From positions 3,389 through 67,388 of IMG/VR virus record IMGVR_UViG_3300034128_000011: 64,000 nucleotides of DNA; one strand, written 5' to 3'. The notes below the pieces were generated by a model. That model was not told the origin of the DNA. It made no database searches and saw nothing but the letters and a program-made list of their open reading frames with translations. Each line of letters opens with the position of its first letter. Within the stretch, counting starts at the first letter, position 1. The position numbers and the translations under genes are program-made. This DNA is from a virus (Duplodnaviria > Caudoviricetes). Positions 35,781 to 45,765 of the stretch are shown here, one piece after another.

Positions 35781-38700
35781 CTATTCCGTACCGATCCTTG
35801 GTTTACCAATGAAATTAAGAAGAATTGTTGAGATGTCCAACGACCGCAAGTTTTCGGCGTTCGTCGCGTCAAGGCCAAACTCAATGCGCAAAGATTCGAG
35901 CTGGCCACGAGCAGGGAGCATCCTCTCAATCGGCTTGATCCCCACTGGGATCGTCTTATCAGAGAAAGATGTGGTGACCCCGTTTCCGTAAAACTTCATG
36001 TACCACTTGGATCCAACCTCACCTTCAGTGAAGGCGTCGGGGATCACCGACCATAGCACACTGTTCGGATCTAGCCCATAGACACTCCCGATGTTGAGCA
36101 ACATCTTCGTCGGGATGCCCTTGTGTGCCGTGGCGATCGTATAGGGCTCTGCATTCCCATTGACCGTGCAGTCGTCCTGATAGCGAAGCAGTCCATTCTG
36201 ATTCGGGTACTTCAATATACCAGCAGCGTAACCAATGACGAATGTTTTGTCAGTCGAGCGCGACGCAAAATATGTGACTGGCGCGTTCGTCCCGATGTTC
36301 AACTGGCGAACTGTCCACAAATGTGTCTGGAACGAATAGCGGAACTGCAGGTACTCGCTCGTGCTGGACGTGATGTTGCACTGGATCTGGCACCAGACTT
36401 CCTGATAGAAGTCATCGAAGCCAGTGATGATCGCCTTGCGATACGCATGAGTGACGTACGACGTTATGTTGTCCGCGAGCTTTTTGTCGCCATTATAGAA
36501 ATTCATCCATGATTTGTTGAGCGTGACGATCTGGCTACCATCGGCTGGCATGAAATAGATCCCGCTGTCGCCTGCCCAGATGAGTCCATGTGGAGTGAGC
36601 AAAGGAAGGATCGACCTCTTCGCAACCACGTCGGCACCGACGATTCGCTGGAACCCTGACTGAAGATCATAGATCTCGATCTCTGATGAGCGCAGGGCAA
36701 CCACATTATCATTCATCGTCGATAATCCCATGAGCTCACCGCGTCCGATCAGATTCACTTTCAATTTGTTGCCAGCATTATCCGTGAGCTGATCGGGCAA
36801 ATTCTCGTCCTCATGTCCACCAGCACCATAAGTTGTGAGCCGCAGCGTGCGGTCATCCTGATCCATGGCGATCGCCGCCCCCTGCGTGCGCGTTGCTTTC
36901 GAGATGAATCGCGGGCGGATGTACGTACGGTCAAGATCAATCGAACGAGCAAGCATCGCATAGATCGACGGTTGTCCATACGTACCACTGCCAAAGATGA
37001 GGGGATAGGTGAACAGATCCACTTCCAGCGAATAGCAGAAGCGATTGGTGTCGGTAAATACCCATCCATTCGATGACAGCAGAACCTCAGCCGCAAGTTT
37101 GTATTGATCAGGATTCTCGAACCACTGAAATGCTGGCAGAGTCAGATTATCATTGTATGCTACATAGCAATTGAAGCCGATCAGATTCTTGTTTACCAAC
37201 GAAGGGTCAATATAGAACGTCAACTTCACCTTGGCGAATTTATCAACTCCTGCAGCCGCGTAGACCTGAGCGATTGGATCAGACTCCATGTATACCTTGG
37301 ATCCAGTCGCTTCAGCATAGAGAGCCGTGATATACATGCGCACGTAATACTGCTTCCCTGCAGCAGCGTCCTCGCCAACCGTAACCCCCAGTTGGATCCC
37401 TTCTCCCAGATCTTGTGCCGTGCGGATTGTGCCGTTCGGCAAATAAGTTGTGGCATCACCGATACTCAGGAAATTCGGAAGCAGTGTGGCCTTGTTAATC
37501 TGCCATCCGACATACGCCCCAGATCCAACTGTCCCACTAGCCGCGTTCAATTTCGCTACAACGCCAGCGCTACCAACCAAGAAACCACGGCTGAAGTCGG
37601 CGATGAAGTGACCAAGCTCGTATGCACTCCCAGCCAGAGTCCCAGCCGCAACGACTTCCTCAGTCCAGTTCGTTCCGCCATCGACAGTAAGGGCCGATGC
37701 AACCATCCCATTTTTTGTCCCAACAACCCGAACCGTGTTCACGTCTGCTGCCCATATCGTTCTGGCAATAAAACCAGTCGGCAATTGACCAGTTGTGGGT
37801 GTGAAACTCATACCGTCAATCGCTTTCACAATGGTAGATGTAGGCGCCGCATAGAGCACACCATAGACGACGTTCATCGCTGCAATTGCCAGTCCGTAAG
37901 TGTTCATGCCAGACGGAATTAATGGGCAACCTACAAATGTGCAATCGCTCCAATCCACTCCAGCATTGGAAGAATACTGAAAAACCTTGTTCATGAACGT
38001 ACTAAACGGAAGGACAGGAGTGGTGTAACCAAGACCTTCCCCAGCGATGAGATAGTCACCAAGACGACGCACGTAATGGATTGGCTTTGGTAGAGCACTA
38101 ACAGTGGCAGTTGTCCATGTTCCGCTATTCCAGATGTAGGCTATGCCATTACCGCTCGCAACAGCTTCTGTTAGAGAAGACATTTGTAGATCATATATGG
38201 GAACCGTTAGAGCAGAAAAGTACGGTTCAACAATCCAACTTGCTCCACCATCTGTCGTTTTGTAGACCTTGGTGCCGCAGGCGAGAAACCCGTGGTCTTC
38301 ATCGGCAAAAGAAATTGCCTGAATGGACTGTCCAACTTCAATCGTTATGCCAGCATCCCATGTTGCTCCAGCATCTGCTGATTTGTAGACAATGCCAGTT
38401 GTCGAACCAAGCCATACATAATCTATCGAACCAGCACGATAAGTGGCAAGCGCGAAATGATCATTGGTAGGATCTGGCAGAGTCGCAATCCCAGCTCCTG
38501 TGGCCCATCCTGTGGCGATGCTCCCTCCCAGCGTGAAGCTCGAATGGGCAAGGTGACCGCCACGTTTAATTTGAAGCGGCTGATCCATAACTGGGACTGT
38601 GGACGAGTCACCAATGAGCGCGAGAATCTTTGACTGTGCATCAAGATTCAGGAAGCGGATATGTGGCGTGGAGCCGTAATTGTACTGATATCCGCGTCCA

Positions 38701-39371
38701 GTGTCTGCACTGGATCCAAGATCAAGCAACATATCTGGCAGAATTCCAGTCGAGCGATAAAGCGTCACCGTACCACTGCCATTCCAGCCGTTTGCAGCAA
38801 GTGGCTCGGTAAGCGTTGTGAGCTCAAACTGATAAGGGGAAACCCCTGTCGCTGTATTCGCAGTCACAAGAGCGGGTGTTGCGTGTGGCGAATCCGACAC
38901 AACAAGAAACTGTTGGAGAGCGTCTGTCCCAATGGATGTGATAGATGCGGCCAAGATATCGCGTGGAGCATCAAGCGTGACCGTGTTCCCGCTCACACTT
39001 ACGATCGTGGCGGTAATTTTTGCAGTCAGTTCGATCCAATCGCCAGTATGTTTGTACGTCGAACTGGTAGGATCGTGGACAAACATCCTCAAGTTCCCGT
39101 TTGCATCCAGACCGAAGATCACGAAATATTCCGACGCATAGATCGAACTGTACATCACGAGCCCGTCGATGATCGAGATGCCAGTCGGAATCGCAGAGAA
39201 GCGATGATGGGTACCATAATCCCGTTCGCCAACCATGCCATCCCTAAACTGCTTGAAGCCCCGCACTTCGAATGCGTAGTTTTCTTTCAGATCGACAGTG
39301 TCGATGTTCGTCACAAACCCTTGGACGCGCTTGATAATCAGCGGATTCAAATGGCGCGGCTTAGTATTCAT
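35781..39371 (-). CDS. Tail nozzle/stabilisation-like protein with BNR/YCF48-type repeats
   Basis: SADAGATW, TTDGGASW, SSNAGVDW, TVDGGTNW Asp-box repeats; propeller-like C-half; position after adaptors. Confidence 0.7.
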   Translation of the reverse strand: MNTKPRHLNPLIIKRVQGFVTNIDTVDLKENYAFEVRGFKQFRDGMVGERDYGTHHRFSAIPTGISIIDGLVMYSSIYASEYFVIFGLDANGNLRMFVHDPTSSTYKHTGDWIELTAKITATIVSVSGNTVTLDAPRDILAASITSIGTDALQQFLVVSDSPHATPALVTANTATGVSPYQFELTTLTEPLAANGWNGSGTVTLYRSTGILPDMLLDLGSSADTGRGYQYNYGSTPHIRFLNLDAQSKILALIGDSSTVPVMDQPLQIKRGGHLAHSSFTLGGSIATGWATGAGIATLPDPTNDHFALATYRAGSIDYVWLGSTTGIVYKSADAGATWDAGITIEVGQSIQAISFADEDHGFLACGTKVYKTTDGGASWIVEPYFSALTVPIYDLQMSSLTEAVASGNGIAYIWNSGTWTTATVSALPKPIHYVRRLGDYLIAGEGLGYTTPVLPFSTFMNKVFQYSSNAGVDWSDCTFVGCPLIPSGMNTYGLAIAAMNVVYGVLYAAPTSTIVKAIDGMSFTPTTGQLPTGFIARTIWAADVNTVRVVGTKNGMVASALTVDGGTNWTEEVVAAGTLAGSAYELGHFIADFSRGFLVGSAGVVAKLNAASGTVGSGAYVGWQINKATLLPNFLSIGDATTYLPNGTIRTAQDLGEGIQLGVTVGEDAAAGKQYYVRMYITALYAEATGSKVYMESDPIAQVYAAAGVDKFAKVKLTFYIDPSLVNKNLIGFNCYVAYNDNLTLPAFQWFENPDQYKLAAEVLLSSNGWVFTDTNRFCYSLEVDLFTYPLIFGSGTYGQPSIYAMLARSIDLDRTYIRPRFISKATRTQGAAIAMDQDDRTLRLTTYGAGGHEDENLPDQLTDNAGNKLKVNLIGRGELMGLSTMNDNVVALRSSEIEIYDLQSGFQRIVGADVVAKRSILPLLTPHGLIWAGDSGIYFMPADGSQIVTLNKSWMNFYNGDKKLADNITSYVTHAYRKAIITGFDDFYQEVWCQIQCNITSSTSEYLQFRYSFQTHLWTVRQLNIGTNAPVTYFASRSTDKTFVIGYAAGILKYPNQNGLLRYQDDCTVNGNAEPYTIATAHKGIPTKMLLNIGSVYGLDPNSVLWSVIPDAFTEGEVGSKWYMKFYGNGVTTSFSDKTIPVGIKPIERMLPARGQLESLRIEFGLDATNAENLRSLDISTILLNFIGKPRIGTE

Positions 39372-40747
39372 GCGACCTCTGGCAAGAATTGATTATATCC
39401 AGTCCGTTGCCGTATCGTCTTAGGAGCGCTCGCGCTACCCATCTCAGTATGCAGTCCCGCGAGGTTCACAGTTGCGAGAGTGACTGGATGAGCGATGTCC
39501 GTGATATCGACGACGATCACATCCTTGTTTGCATAGGGAATCAGATAAGCGTACAGTTTCAATGTATCATCGACGATGATGATGTCGCAAACCTCTTGCC
39601 CTGCAGGGCCAAGATTGGACACGAGAACAGGAGCCAACGGATTCGCTATGTTATAAATCCGTGCCCCACAATTCGGAGCATCGACATTCTTGAATGTAAG
39701 GATCAAATAGATATCGTCCATGATATATATCTGACCATAGTCCGTATCTGCCCGATTATCAACTACCTGTAGAGTAGCAACGACTGGCCCGCTATCTACC
39801 AGTCCCAAAGCGTTTGCCACAAATCCATCAGTCATCATCAAGTGCCACATTAGATTTGGATTGGCTGGCTGACGCATCTGCACAACGGCACGCGAAGTCT
39901 GATGAAGAGCGGCCCAAGGGTCTGGCGATGTCCCAACCGAAAAATATGGGCCTAAAGAGTTATCGTCGTACATAGTCATCCAACCCCATCGCATCGCAAC
40001 GCCATTGCCATCCCCATGTTGCTTGTAGAGTATTTTGTCGGTTGGGTCATAGACGAGTGTGTGGGGATGAACTCCACCAGCAACCGTCCATTCCATGGAA
40101 AAGAATGCGCGCGTCGGATTTGCGGGATCCGCCCATGTCCATGTTTCAAATCCCTGATTGTAACCATGGACGGTCACTGGCACAATCGAATTGCGAACTA
40201 GTCCACATTGAACTTCCGTTGGGTACGTTGGCGCAGATCCTTTGAGAATCAAAGACGACTTATTCGTCAGATAGTCAAAACAGAATGTATACGCACCAAA
40301 CGTAAAGAGATATGAATCTGTTGCCGCGAGCCGATCAATTCCGCTTGGCATATTCGCACTGAAATCCTGATCCGCCGTGATGACTGGAGCAAGGCGACTG
40401 CGGATGTCGATGGTGTAGATGTGATTGTTCCCACCAGAAGCATAGATGAACTCTGTGCCAATCATTGCCGACACGAAATTGCTCTTGCCACTGAGCACGC
40501 CGTTCGTATACTCGCAGACGATGTACCATGTGTAGGTGATCCCATTGAACATGGGCGCCGTGTCATTGTACGTTGTGCCAGTCGAATATCCCAGAAGGAC
40601 ATAGTCTGCACCAGCAGCGCTCCGATAGACATGGTATCTCTTCACGCGCGCAGGAGTCCAGTGCTCCATGCTGATCCACGAAAGATCCACATCGCTCAGC
40701 TTAGCCTCAACAAGCGTTAGAACTGGCAACTCTATGACGAATCTCAT
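39368..40747 (-). CDS. Fibronectin type III plus LVIVD-repeat protein (possible adhesin/tail appendage)
   Basis: W...YHVYRS...YNDT...Y.WYIV FN3 pattern; IDIRSRLAPV, YNIANPLAPV, VDITDIAHPV repeats. Confidence 0.7.
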   Translation of the reverse strand: MRFVIELPVLTLVEAKLSDVDLSWISMEHWTPARVKRYHVYRSAAGADYVLLGYSTGTTYNDTAPMFNGITYTWYIVCEYTNGVLSGKSNFVSAMIGTEFIYASGGNNHIYTIDIRSRLAPVITADQDFSANMPSGIDRLAATDSYLFTFGAYTFCFDYLTNKSSLILKGSAPTYPTEVQCGLVRNSIVPVTVHGYNQGFETWTWADPANPTRAFFSMEWTVAGGVHPHTLVYDPTDKILYKQHGDGNGVAMRWGWMTMYDDNSLGPYFSVGTSPDPWAALHQTSRAVVQMRQPANPNLMWHLMMTDGFVANALGLVDSGPVVATLQVVDNRADTDYGQIYIMDDIYLILTFKNVDAPNCGARIYNIANPLAPVLVSNLGPAGQEVCDIIIVDDTLKLYAYLIPYANKDVIVVDITDIAHPVTLATVNLAGLHTEMGSASAPKTIRQRTGYNQFLPEVA

Positions 40748-41655
40748 GTGAGCGCCTGCATTTTATCTTTGATTTCCTGAAGCGTAACTGACGTATCGTG
40801 TGCTTTCCAGAAATCATACACGAGAGATTGCATATCCGCAGGATTGAACGCCCCTGTGACGTTCAGACGGTCGGCCACAGTTTTCTTCACAAGCGAAATA
40901 AGTAGCGTCGTCGGAACACCGTCTGGAATGTCGATCGCATCCGTGTCTGTTGCCAAGATCGCGGGCAAACGCGGATAGTAAAGCGTGATCGTACCATACG
41001 ACGCCAGCCCTGTCTTCAGGTAGATCTTGAGATCGGCAATGTGGAACACGATCTTCGTGGCATTCTGAGCGGCAGCGGCACGGAACGTCATGTATTCGTC
41101 GAGACTCACTGCATAGATGCTCCGCGTTGCTGTTGACTGGATCACGACGTCTGGATCGCCACTGCCACTCTTGATCCGCAAGCTAGAGATGTCGATGATA
41201 TCAGACGATGGTACAGACGCGATCTTGATGGCATAGTCTACAGTGGAATCGGCGGTCGGCAAACTGTTGCCATTCTGCAACACAACTGTCGTCGTGTTTG
41301 TCACGCTGTCGATATATCCGACATAGACCGCTGCCCCCACTCTGAACACAACCATCTTCCCGATATCGAGCGGCCCGAAATCGGCGTTCATTGCGATCGC
41401 GAGCACGCGCGTCAGCAGAGTGAACGTCCCTGCCGCCGTTGAATATGCGCTCGCCGTGTCCGCAATCACGAGCTGTTCTGTGACGTACTGATTCTTGATG
41501 AGAGGATAGAACATGCTGGCAACCTGATCCTGAGCGCGATTGATGACGTTGAAACGCTCGATGTCGATTACCTGCTTCTCTCCTTCATATCCGATGAGAT
41601 CCCGTACGGCCTCACGCCAGATCGACTTCGCTGTATGGGTGCGCGAGATAGCCAT
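40744..41655 (-). CDS. Head-tail adaptor/ring-like protein, paralogue 4
   Basis: INRAQDQV helix; YYPRLP...IDIPD...LLISLV C-terminal pattern. Confidence 0.6.
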   Translation of the reverse strand: MAISRTHTAKSIWREAVRDLIGYEGEKQVIDIERFNVINRAQDQVASMFYPLIKNQYVTEQLVIADTASAYSTAAGTFTLLTRVLAIAMNADFGPLDIGKMVVFRVGAAVYVGYIDSVTNTTTVVLQNGNSLPTADSTVDYAIKIASVPSSDIIDISSLRIKSGSGDPDVVIQSTATRSIYAVSLDEYMTFRAAAAQNATKIVFHIADLKIYLKTGLASYGTITLYYPRLPAILATDTDAIDIPDGVPTTLLISLVKKTVADRLNVTGAFNPADMQSLVYDFWKAHDTSVTLQEIKDKMQALT

Positions 41656-42293
41656 TAGTGTGTCTCCTGCCTGCTGCGGACTTCACGCAACTGTTCGTCT
41701 GTAAAGAGACGGACGCGCTGAAGAACGTCAGCCTGCGGCTGTTTGTTTTGCGATCGCCATACGGTCAGACATGCGATGTCTGTCACGATCGGGATGTACT
41801 GATCTGGGATATCCAGCACAGATGCGTCCGCTATCACTCTCGCAGGATTGCGCTCATATGCAAGCGTCGCTGTCCCTGCTGGTGTTGCCGCCCCACCAAC
41901 AAAGAGGCTCCATGTACCGCCACTACTGGTACTGAGTGTAGCAATCCATTGTCCAGTGGCAAAGGTATGGAGCTGCAGCATGTTGTTGTACACATTGCGA
42001 TTGAGAATCGGGATCTGAGTGTTGTCAGAGGCAAGAACCAATCGCGCGGTCGTGATATCATAGATGTTCATTGACGAGAGATCGACGCTTGCACCAAGAG
42101 AGATCGACGCCTCAGTGTAATAGAAATGACGCAGTGAAAGCCGTGCAAACCCACGGACGAGTTTCACGGCATCATTGATGTAGTCCGTGAGAGTCGGCTC
42201 CAAGAGCTGGCTTATCTGAACACTCTCTGTACCTGTGATCGCCCTCACATTCGAGCGGACGATCAGCAGTGTCGATGTTGCTCCAAGTGGCAT
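41655..42293 (-). CDS. Head-tail adaptor/ring-like protein, paralogue 3
   Basis: YINDAVKLV; YERNP...LDIPDQY..IV. Confidence 0.6.
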   Translation of the reverse strand: MPLGATSTLLIVRSNVRAITGTESVQISQLLEPTLTDYINDAVKLVRGFARLSLRHFYYTEASISLGASVDLSSMNIYDITTARLVLASDNTQIPILNRNVYNNMLQLHTFATGQWIATLSTSSGGTWSLFVGGAATPAGTATLAYERNPARVIADASVLDIPDQYIPIVTDIACLTVWRSQNKQPQADVLQRVRLFTDEQLREVRSRQETH

Positions 42294-42964
42294 TATCTGC
42301 CTCCACGGATCAGGGATTGAGCCAAAGCATCAATTTCGGCGTTGCCCGCATTGCTGGCCAGACGAATCGCCAGTTCCTTCACGATCGGCCACTGACCATC
42401 TTCAATCGTTTCCTGCGTGTTGGCATCAACATTTGCCAGCACAAAAAGAGTAGCGCCAACATAGTACAGCACGTATGCGTCACCGCTGAGTGTCGCGAGC
42501 GCAATATCAGACGCGGTAAACGTCTGACCTATATTGAAGAGATAGACCTGTTTGTTCGCAACGGATTGAGCCAGATGCGCATTCCTTCCAGCAATCACAT
42601 CTGAATACAGCGCATTAGGAAGGACGATGAGCTGGATGGCTTTCGTCGTGTCAGCAAGCGACAGAAAAGCGATGAAATCCTGTGGCTTGGTGATTGTCAC
42701 AACTGGAGCGGTATAGGTAATCGTGCCTGTCGCGACCTTGTTCGTCCCACCCTGCATGTGTACACCGTCGATCTTGTTCAGTGCAACCATGTTCGTGAGG
42801 AACGCCATGCGCGCCTGATTGTAGATGTCGAGCAAACGCTGCGCAGAAAATTTTTCACCATCATCCACACCAACCGTCGTGGCAATAAATGCTGTGCCAT
42901 CAGGTTTGCGTGGATCCACTTCCAGCGCCAGATCGAGCAGGTTGAGTCGAATCAGTCTGGGCAT
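42293..42964 (-). CDS. Head-tail adaptor/ring-like protein, paralogue 2
   Basis: IYNQARMAF; LYYVG...IEDGQWPIV. Confidence 0.5.
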   Translation of the reverse strand: MPRLIRLNLLDLALEVDPRKPDGTAFIATTVGVDDGEKFSAQRLLDIYNQARMAFLTNMVALNKIDGVHMQGGTNKVATGTITYTAPVVTITKPQDFIAFLSLADTTKAIQLIVLPNALYSDVIAGRNAHLAQSVANKQVYLFNIGQTFTASDIALATLSGDAYVLYYVGATLFVLANVDANTQETIEDGQWPIVKELAIRLASNAGNAEIDALAQSLIRGGR

Positions 42965-43830
42965 TAGAACCTCAAACCAGTGTTGATATCATTGACGTAC
43001 CGTTTCTTTGCCCACTGAACCTTCGCGCTTTCCTTCGCCTGAGCATACTGACCCAGCACCATCATCGACTTTTGTTCGATGACCTGATCGCCACTGGACT
43101 TCAGCATGTCAAGGAGATAGTACAGAGTCCCGTAATAAATCAGTGGTTCATCGCTGATCCACGGATCCACGGTGAGGGTGATGCGCTCGTGTGGGAGTGG
43201 GATGCGATAGTAACGGAACTCGAATCTGGCAGTCGCATTGAAGACGCCATTGAAACCAAGCGACAGGCCAGTAGGCGTGATCAACTGATAGACAAACTGG
43301 GAATTCCCTATTACCATCGAAGAACGAACATGCTGTAGTTGTTCATAACGACGCGGCGAGATACGTGCAAACGTCGTGGTATTCATGATGTCGCTGGCAA
43401 GTCGTTCGGCACTCATCAAACAGTGGTAACTGTACCCGCCGCTCACATAGGCGCCATTCCCGATACTCCCATCGAGCGTATAGTTGTCGGCATCGACGTA
43501 CGTCACATCACGTACGCCATTGGCGCCAGTATTTCCGACGACGCCATGCACCGTGATCCTGTCGCCAGTATGGTAATGATGTCCGACTTCAGTGATCTGG
43601 ATCGGAGTGGTATTCGAAGCGCCAGTGATTGTGCCGCGCGAAAAAGCGTACCGCTCTTGCCCGTTCACCGTGGAAAGATATCCGACATCATCAAATAGGT
43701 GCAGCTCGGCGAGAATGTCGTCCTGCGCAATGTTGGCCGCGACGAGCACTTCACCTTCATCAAGCTGAACCTTGCGATCTCGGAACCACCTGTAGCCAGT
43801 GATGCGATCAACAAGCTCTTGCGAAGTCAT
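42964..43830 (-). CDS. Head-tail adaptor/ring-like protein, paralogue 1, with inserted FCCH-like beta domain
   Basis: ANIAQDDI; GQERY; insert ITGASNTTPIQIT..HHYHTGDRI..GVVGNT.ANG; RYYRIP...LIYYG. Confidence 0.6.
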   Translation of the reverse strand: MTSQELVDRITGYRWFRDRKVQLDEGEVLVAANIAQDDILAELHLFDDVGYLSTVNGQERYAFSRGTITGASNTTPIQITEVGHHYHTGDRITVHGVVGNTGANGVRDVTYVDADNYTLDGSIGNGAYVSGGYSYHCLMSAERLASDIMNTTTFARISPRRYEQLQHVRSSMVIGNSQFVYQLITPTGLSLGFNGVFNATARFEFRYYRIPLPHERITLTVDPWISDEPLIYYGTLYYLLDMLKSSGDQVIEQKSMMVLGQYAQAKESAKVQWAKKRYVNDINTGLRF

Positions 43831-43854
43831 CGGTGTGCTCCTTTTGTGAGTGAT

Positions 43855-43882
43855 GCAGGCGGGGTCGAATTACCCCGCCTGC
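43855..43882. promoter_or_regulatory. Strong intergenic hairpin (11-bp stem) without a clear U-tract
   Basis: GCAGGCGGGGT-CGAATT-ACCCCGCCTGC between the head and adaptor genes. Confidence 0.5.
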
Positions 43883-43894
43883 TATCTGCATCAC

Positions 43895-44422
43895 TTACTG
43901 GAACACAACGTCGAGCTTCACCTTTGGCTTGATATTCGTCGCACTCAGGCCGATGATGCGGATCCGTTGATAGGGATGGTTGCCTACGATCCCCGTTTTC
44001 ACCGCAGCATAGGGATCGTAGATGGGCACAACGGACAGTTTGTACCCCGCAGTGTAGACCGTGGTTGTTGCCCATGTCGTCGAATCGGTACCAATGGTTG
44101 TTGCATTCCAATTGGTGCCATCAGAACTGACGTCGTACCGAATTCCGATATTGATCGTCGAATCCGTCGCCTTCAGTGCTGTGTAGACATACAGGACAGC
44201 AGGGAGCATGGGGTTTGTGGCTTTCCCGCCAACGATAAGGTTACAGACGAGTGTGTCTGTGTACCCTATGAAGGTCGGGGTGAATCGCGTTCCTGAAATA
44301 CCGTTGGCAGAAAATGCCGAACGGCTTACTGTTCTCGTGGTTGCTTCAGTGATCAGTGTGACGGTCACAATAAGCATTACGAAAACAACGATGGCACTAA
44401 GTGCCTTTGTGAGTCGCGACAT
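43895..44422 (-). CDS. Beta-rich protein with N-terminal signal peptide/TM segment
   Basis: AAGGAG SD then MSRLTKALSAIVVFVMLIVTVTLITEA; Thr-rich body. Confidence 0.7.
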   Translation of the reverse strand: MSRLTKALSAIVVFVMLIVTVTLITEATTRTVSRSAFSANGISGTRFTPTFIGYTDTLVCNLIVGGKATNPMLPAVLYVYTALKATDSTINIGIRYDVSSDGTNWNATTIGTDSTTWATTTVYTAGYKLSVVPIYDPYAAVKTGIVGNHPYQRIRIIGLSATNIKPKVKLDVVFQ

Positions 44423-44930
44423 CGGTGTTCTCCTTAGCTGGTGCTTTGACTGTGCGAATCGGTTGACGTACAGTAGGCGCGGGAGTTGCCGATGCGATCT
44501 GAGATTCACGTTCCGCAGCTTCTTCAGAAGTTTCCACATGGATGTGTCGAGCTGGCGGCTCGAATTCCTGCGTGGTTGCTCCGTAGGACTGCGTGAATTG
44601 TTCCACCTGTTCGGGAGTCGGTGCCGCACCTACAGTGGGCGGTACCTTCAGAACGGGCGGTACAACTGGAGTTGACTCGTCAGCAGTGTGTCGTATCATC
44701 ACAGGTTCGAGAGAAGACGGTCGCTTTGGCAAAATCGCTCCCACCTTGACCTCAACATATGAGGTACCATGTTTGAAGTATTTCCTCATGTGCTCAGCCT
44801 GTTCCTGCGTGGCAAGAAAAACTCCATCTATGAATCTTGCAGAGAATCCCTGTTTAACGGCCATGCCTGTCGGGATCCAAATCTGCAAACTCCGCGACGG
44901 TGATCGAAACTCAATCAATGAACTTGTCAT
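44397..44930 (-). CDS. Hypothetical head-region protein
   Basis: AAGGAG SD; P/T/E-rich C-terminus. Confidence 0.65.
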   Translation of the reverse strand: MTSSLIEFRSPSRSLQIWIPTGMAVKQGFSARFIDGVFLATQEQAEHMRKYFKHGTSYVEVKVGAILPKRPSSLEPVMIRHTADESTPVVPPVLKVPPTVGAAPTPEQVEQFTQSYGATTQEFEPPARHIHVETSEEAAERESQIASATPAPTVRQPIRTVKAPAKENTDVATHKGT

Positions 44931-44985
44931 ATCACGCTCCTTGTAGATGCGCGGTTGGCTCTGTAGCCAACGCCTGTGAGACAGA

Positions 44986-45708
44986 TTACAGATTTTCGGT
45001 GATCACACCAGTGGATGATGGCACCGTCCTTGTTTCGAACGCTTTCTCTTCCAGCGCTTTCAGCTCGGCCTTGGCCTTCTCGACCTTCGCCTTTGCCTCT
45101 GCGCGAGAAGCAGCCTGAGTCGCCTGCCCTTCTGCCGTTTGCAGATAAGGCGCTTTCTCTTCCAGCGCTTTCAGTTCGGCTTCGGCCTTCGCGACCTTCG
45201 CCTTTGCGGCACTTGTTTCGGGCGCCATTGTTTCGGGCACCTCTGCATCCTGCGCATTCAGTTCGGCTTCGGCCTGTTCGACCTTCACCTGTAGGGCTGC
45301 GCGATCAGCAGCGAATTTTGCCTCTGCGTCTGCCGTTCGCCCATTGGACGCCTTTGCATCCAGCGCTTTCAGCGCGGCCTTGGCCTTCTCGACCTTGGCC
45401 TTCGCGGCTGCACGAGAAGCGGTCTGAGTCACCTGCGTCGTGATCTCGCCCTCTCGCGCGAGAAGCCCCTTCTCTTCCTCTTTGTTCAGGGCTTCCATGC
45501 GCGTGTGATACTCCGTGGCCGTTTCCTGATGCTGAACCATGAAGGGCGCGGCCTTCGGCGTCCTCTTTGCAACCTGCTGGACTTGAACCAGCTTCCCGTC
45601 ATGAAGTTCGTATCGCGGCTCACCAGCGGCGACGATTTCGCCTGCCACATTATCGTCGGTGAGCGGAACCCCTGACTTGTCAGTGAAGTCATCATTTCTC
45701 TCTACCAT
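44986..45708 (-). CDS. Ala/Lys/Glu-rich repeat protein
   Basis: Three AKAKV(E/A)KAxAxLKAL(D/E)xKA repeats duplicated at DNA level (~45040-45100, ~45150-45210, ~45356-45410); GGAGG SD. Confidence 0.7.
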   Translation of the reverse strand: MVERNDDFTDKSGVPLTDDNVAGEIVAAGEPRYELHDGKLVQVQQVAKRTPKAAPFMVQHQETATEYHTRMEALNKEEEKGLLAREGEITTQVTQTASRAAAKAKVEKAKAALKALDAKASNGRTADAEAKFAADRAALQVKVEQAEAELNAQDAEVPETMAPETSAAKAKVAKAEAELKALEEKAPYLQTAEGQATQAASRAEAKAKVEKAKAELKALEEKAFETRTVPSSTGVITENL

Positions 45709-45765
45709 GAGATACCTCCAGAAAAAAGAGTGCAAGGCAAATCGTGTAGCCTCAGCTACGCGACT

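Noticed and set aside
43895-44629. Programmed frameshift joining the 44397-44930 and 43895-44422 ORFs
   Set aside because: No slippery heptamer found, and the downstream gene has its own strong AAGGAG SD at 44422
45741-45762. Terminator after the major capsid gene
   Set aside because: The stem has a C-A mismatch on the transcribed (-) strand and only a weak U-tract; not supportable
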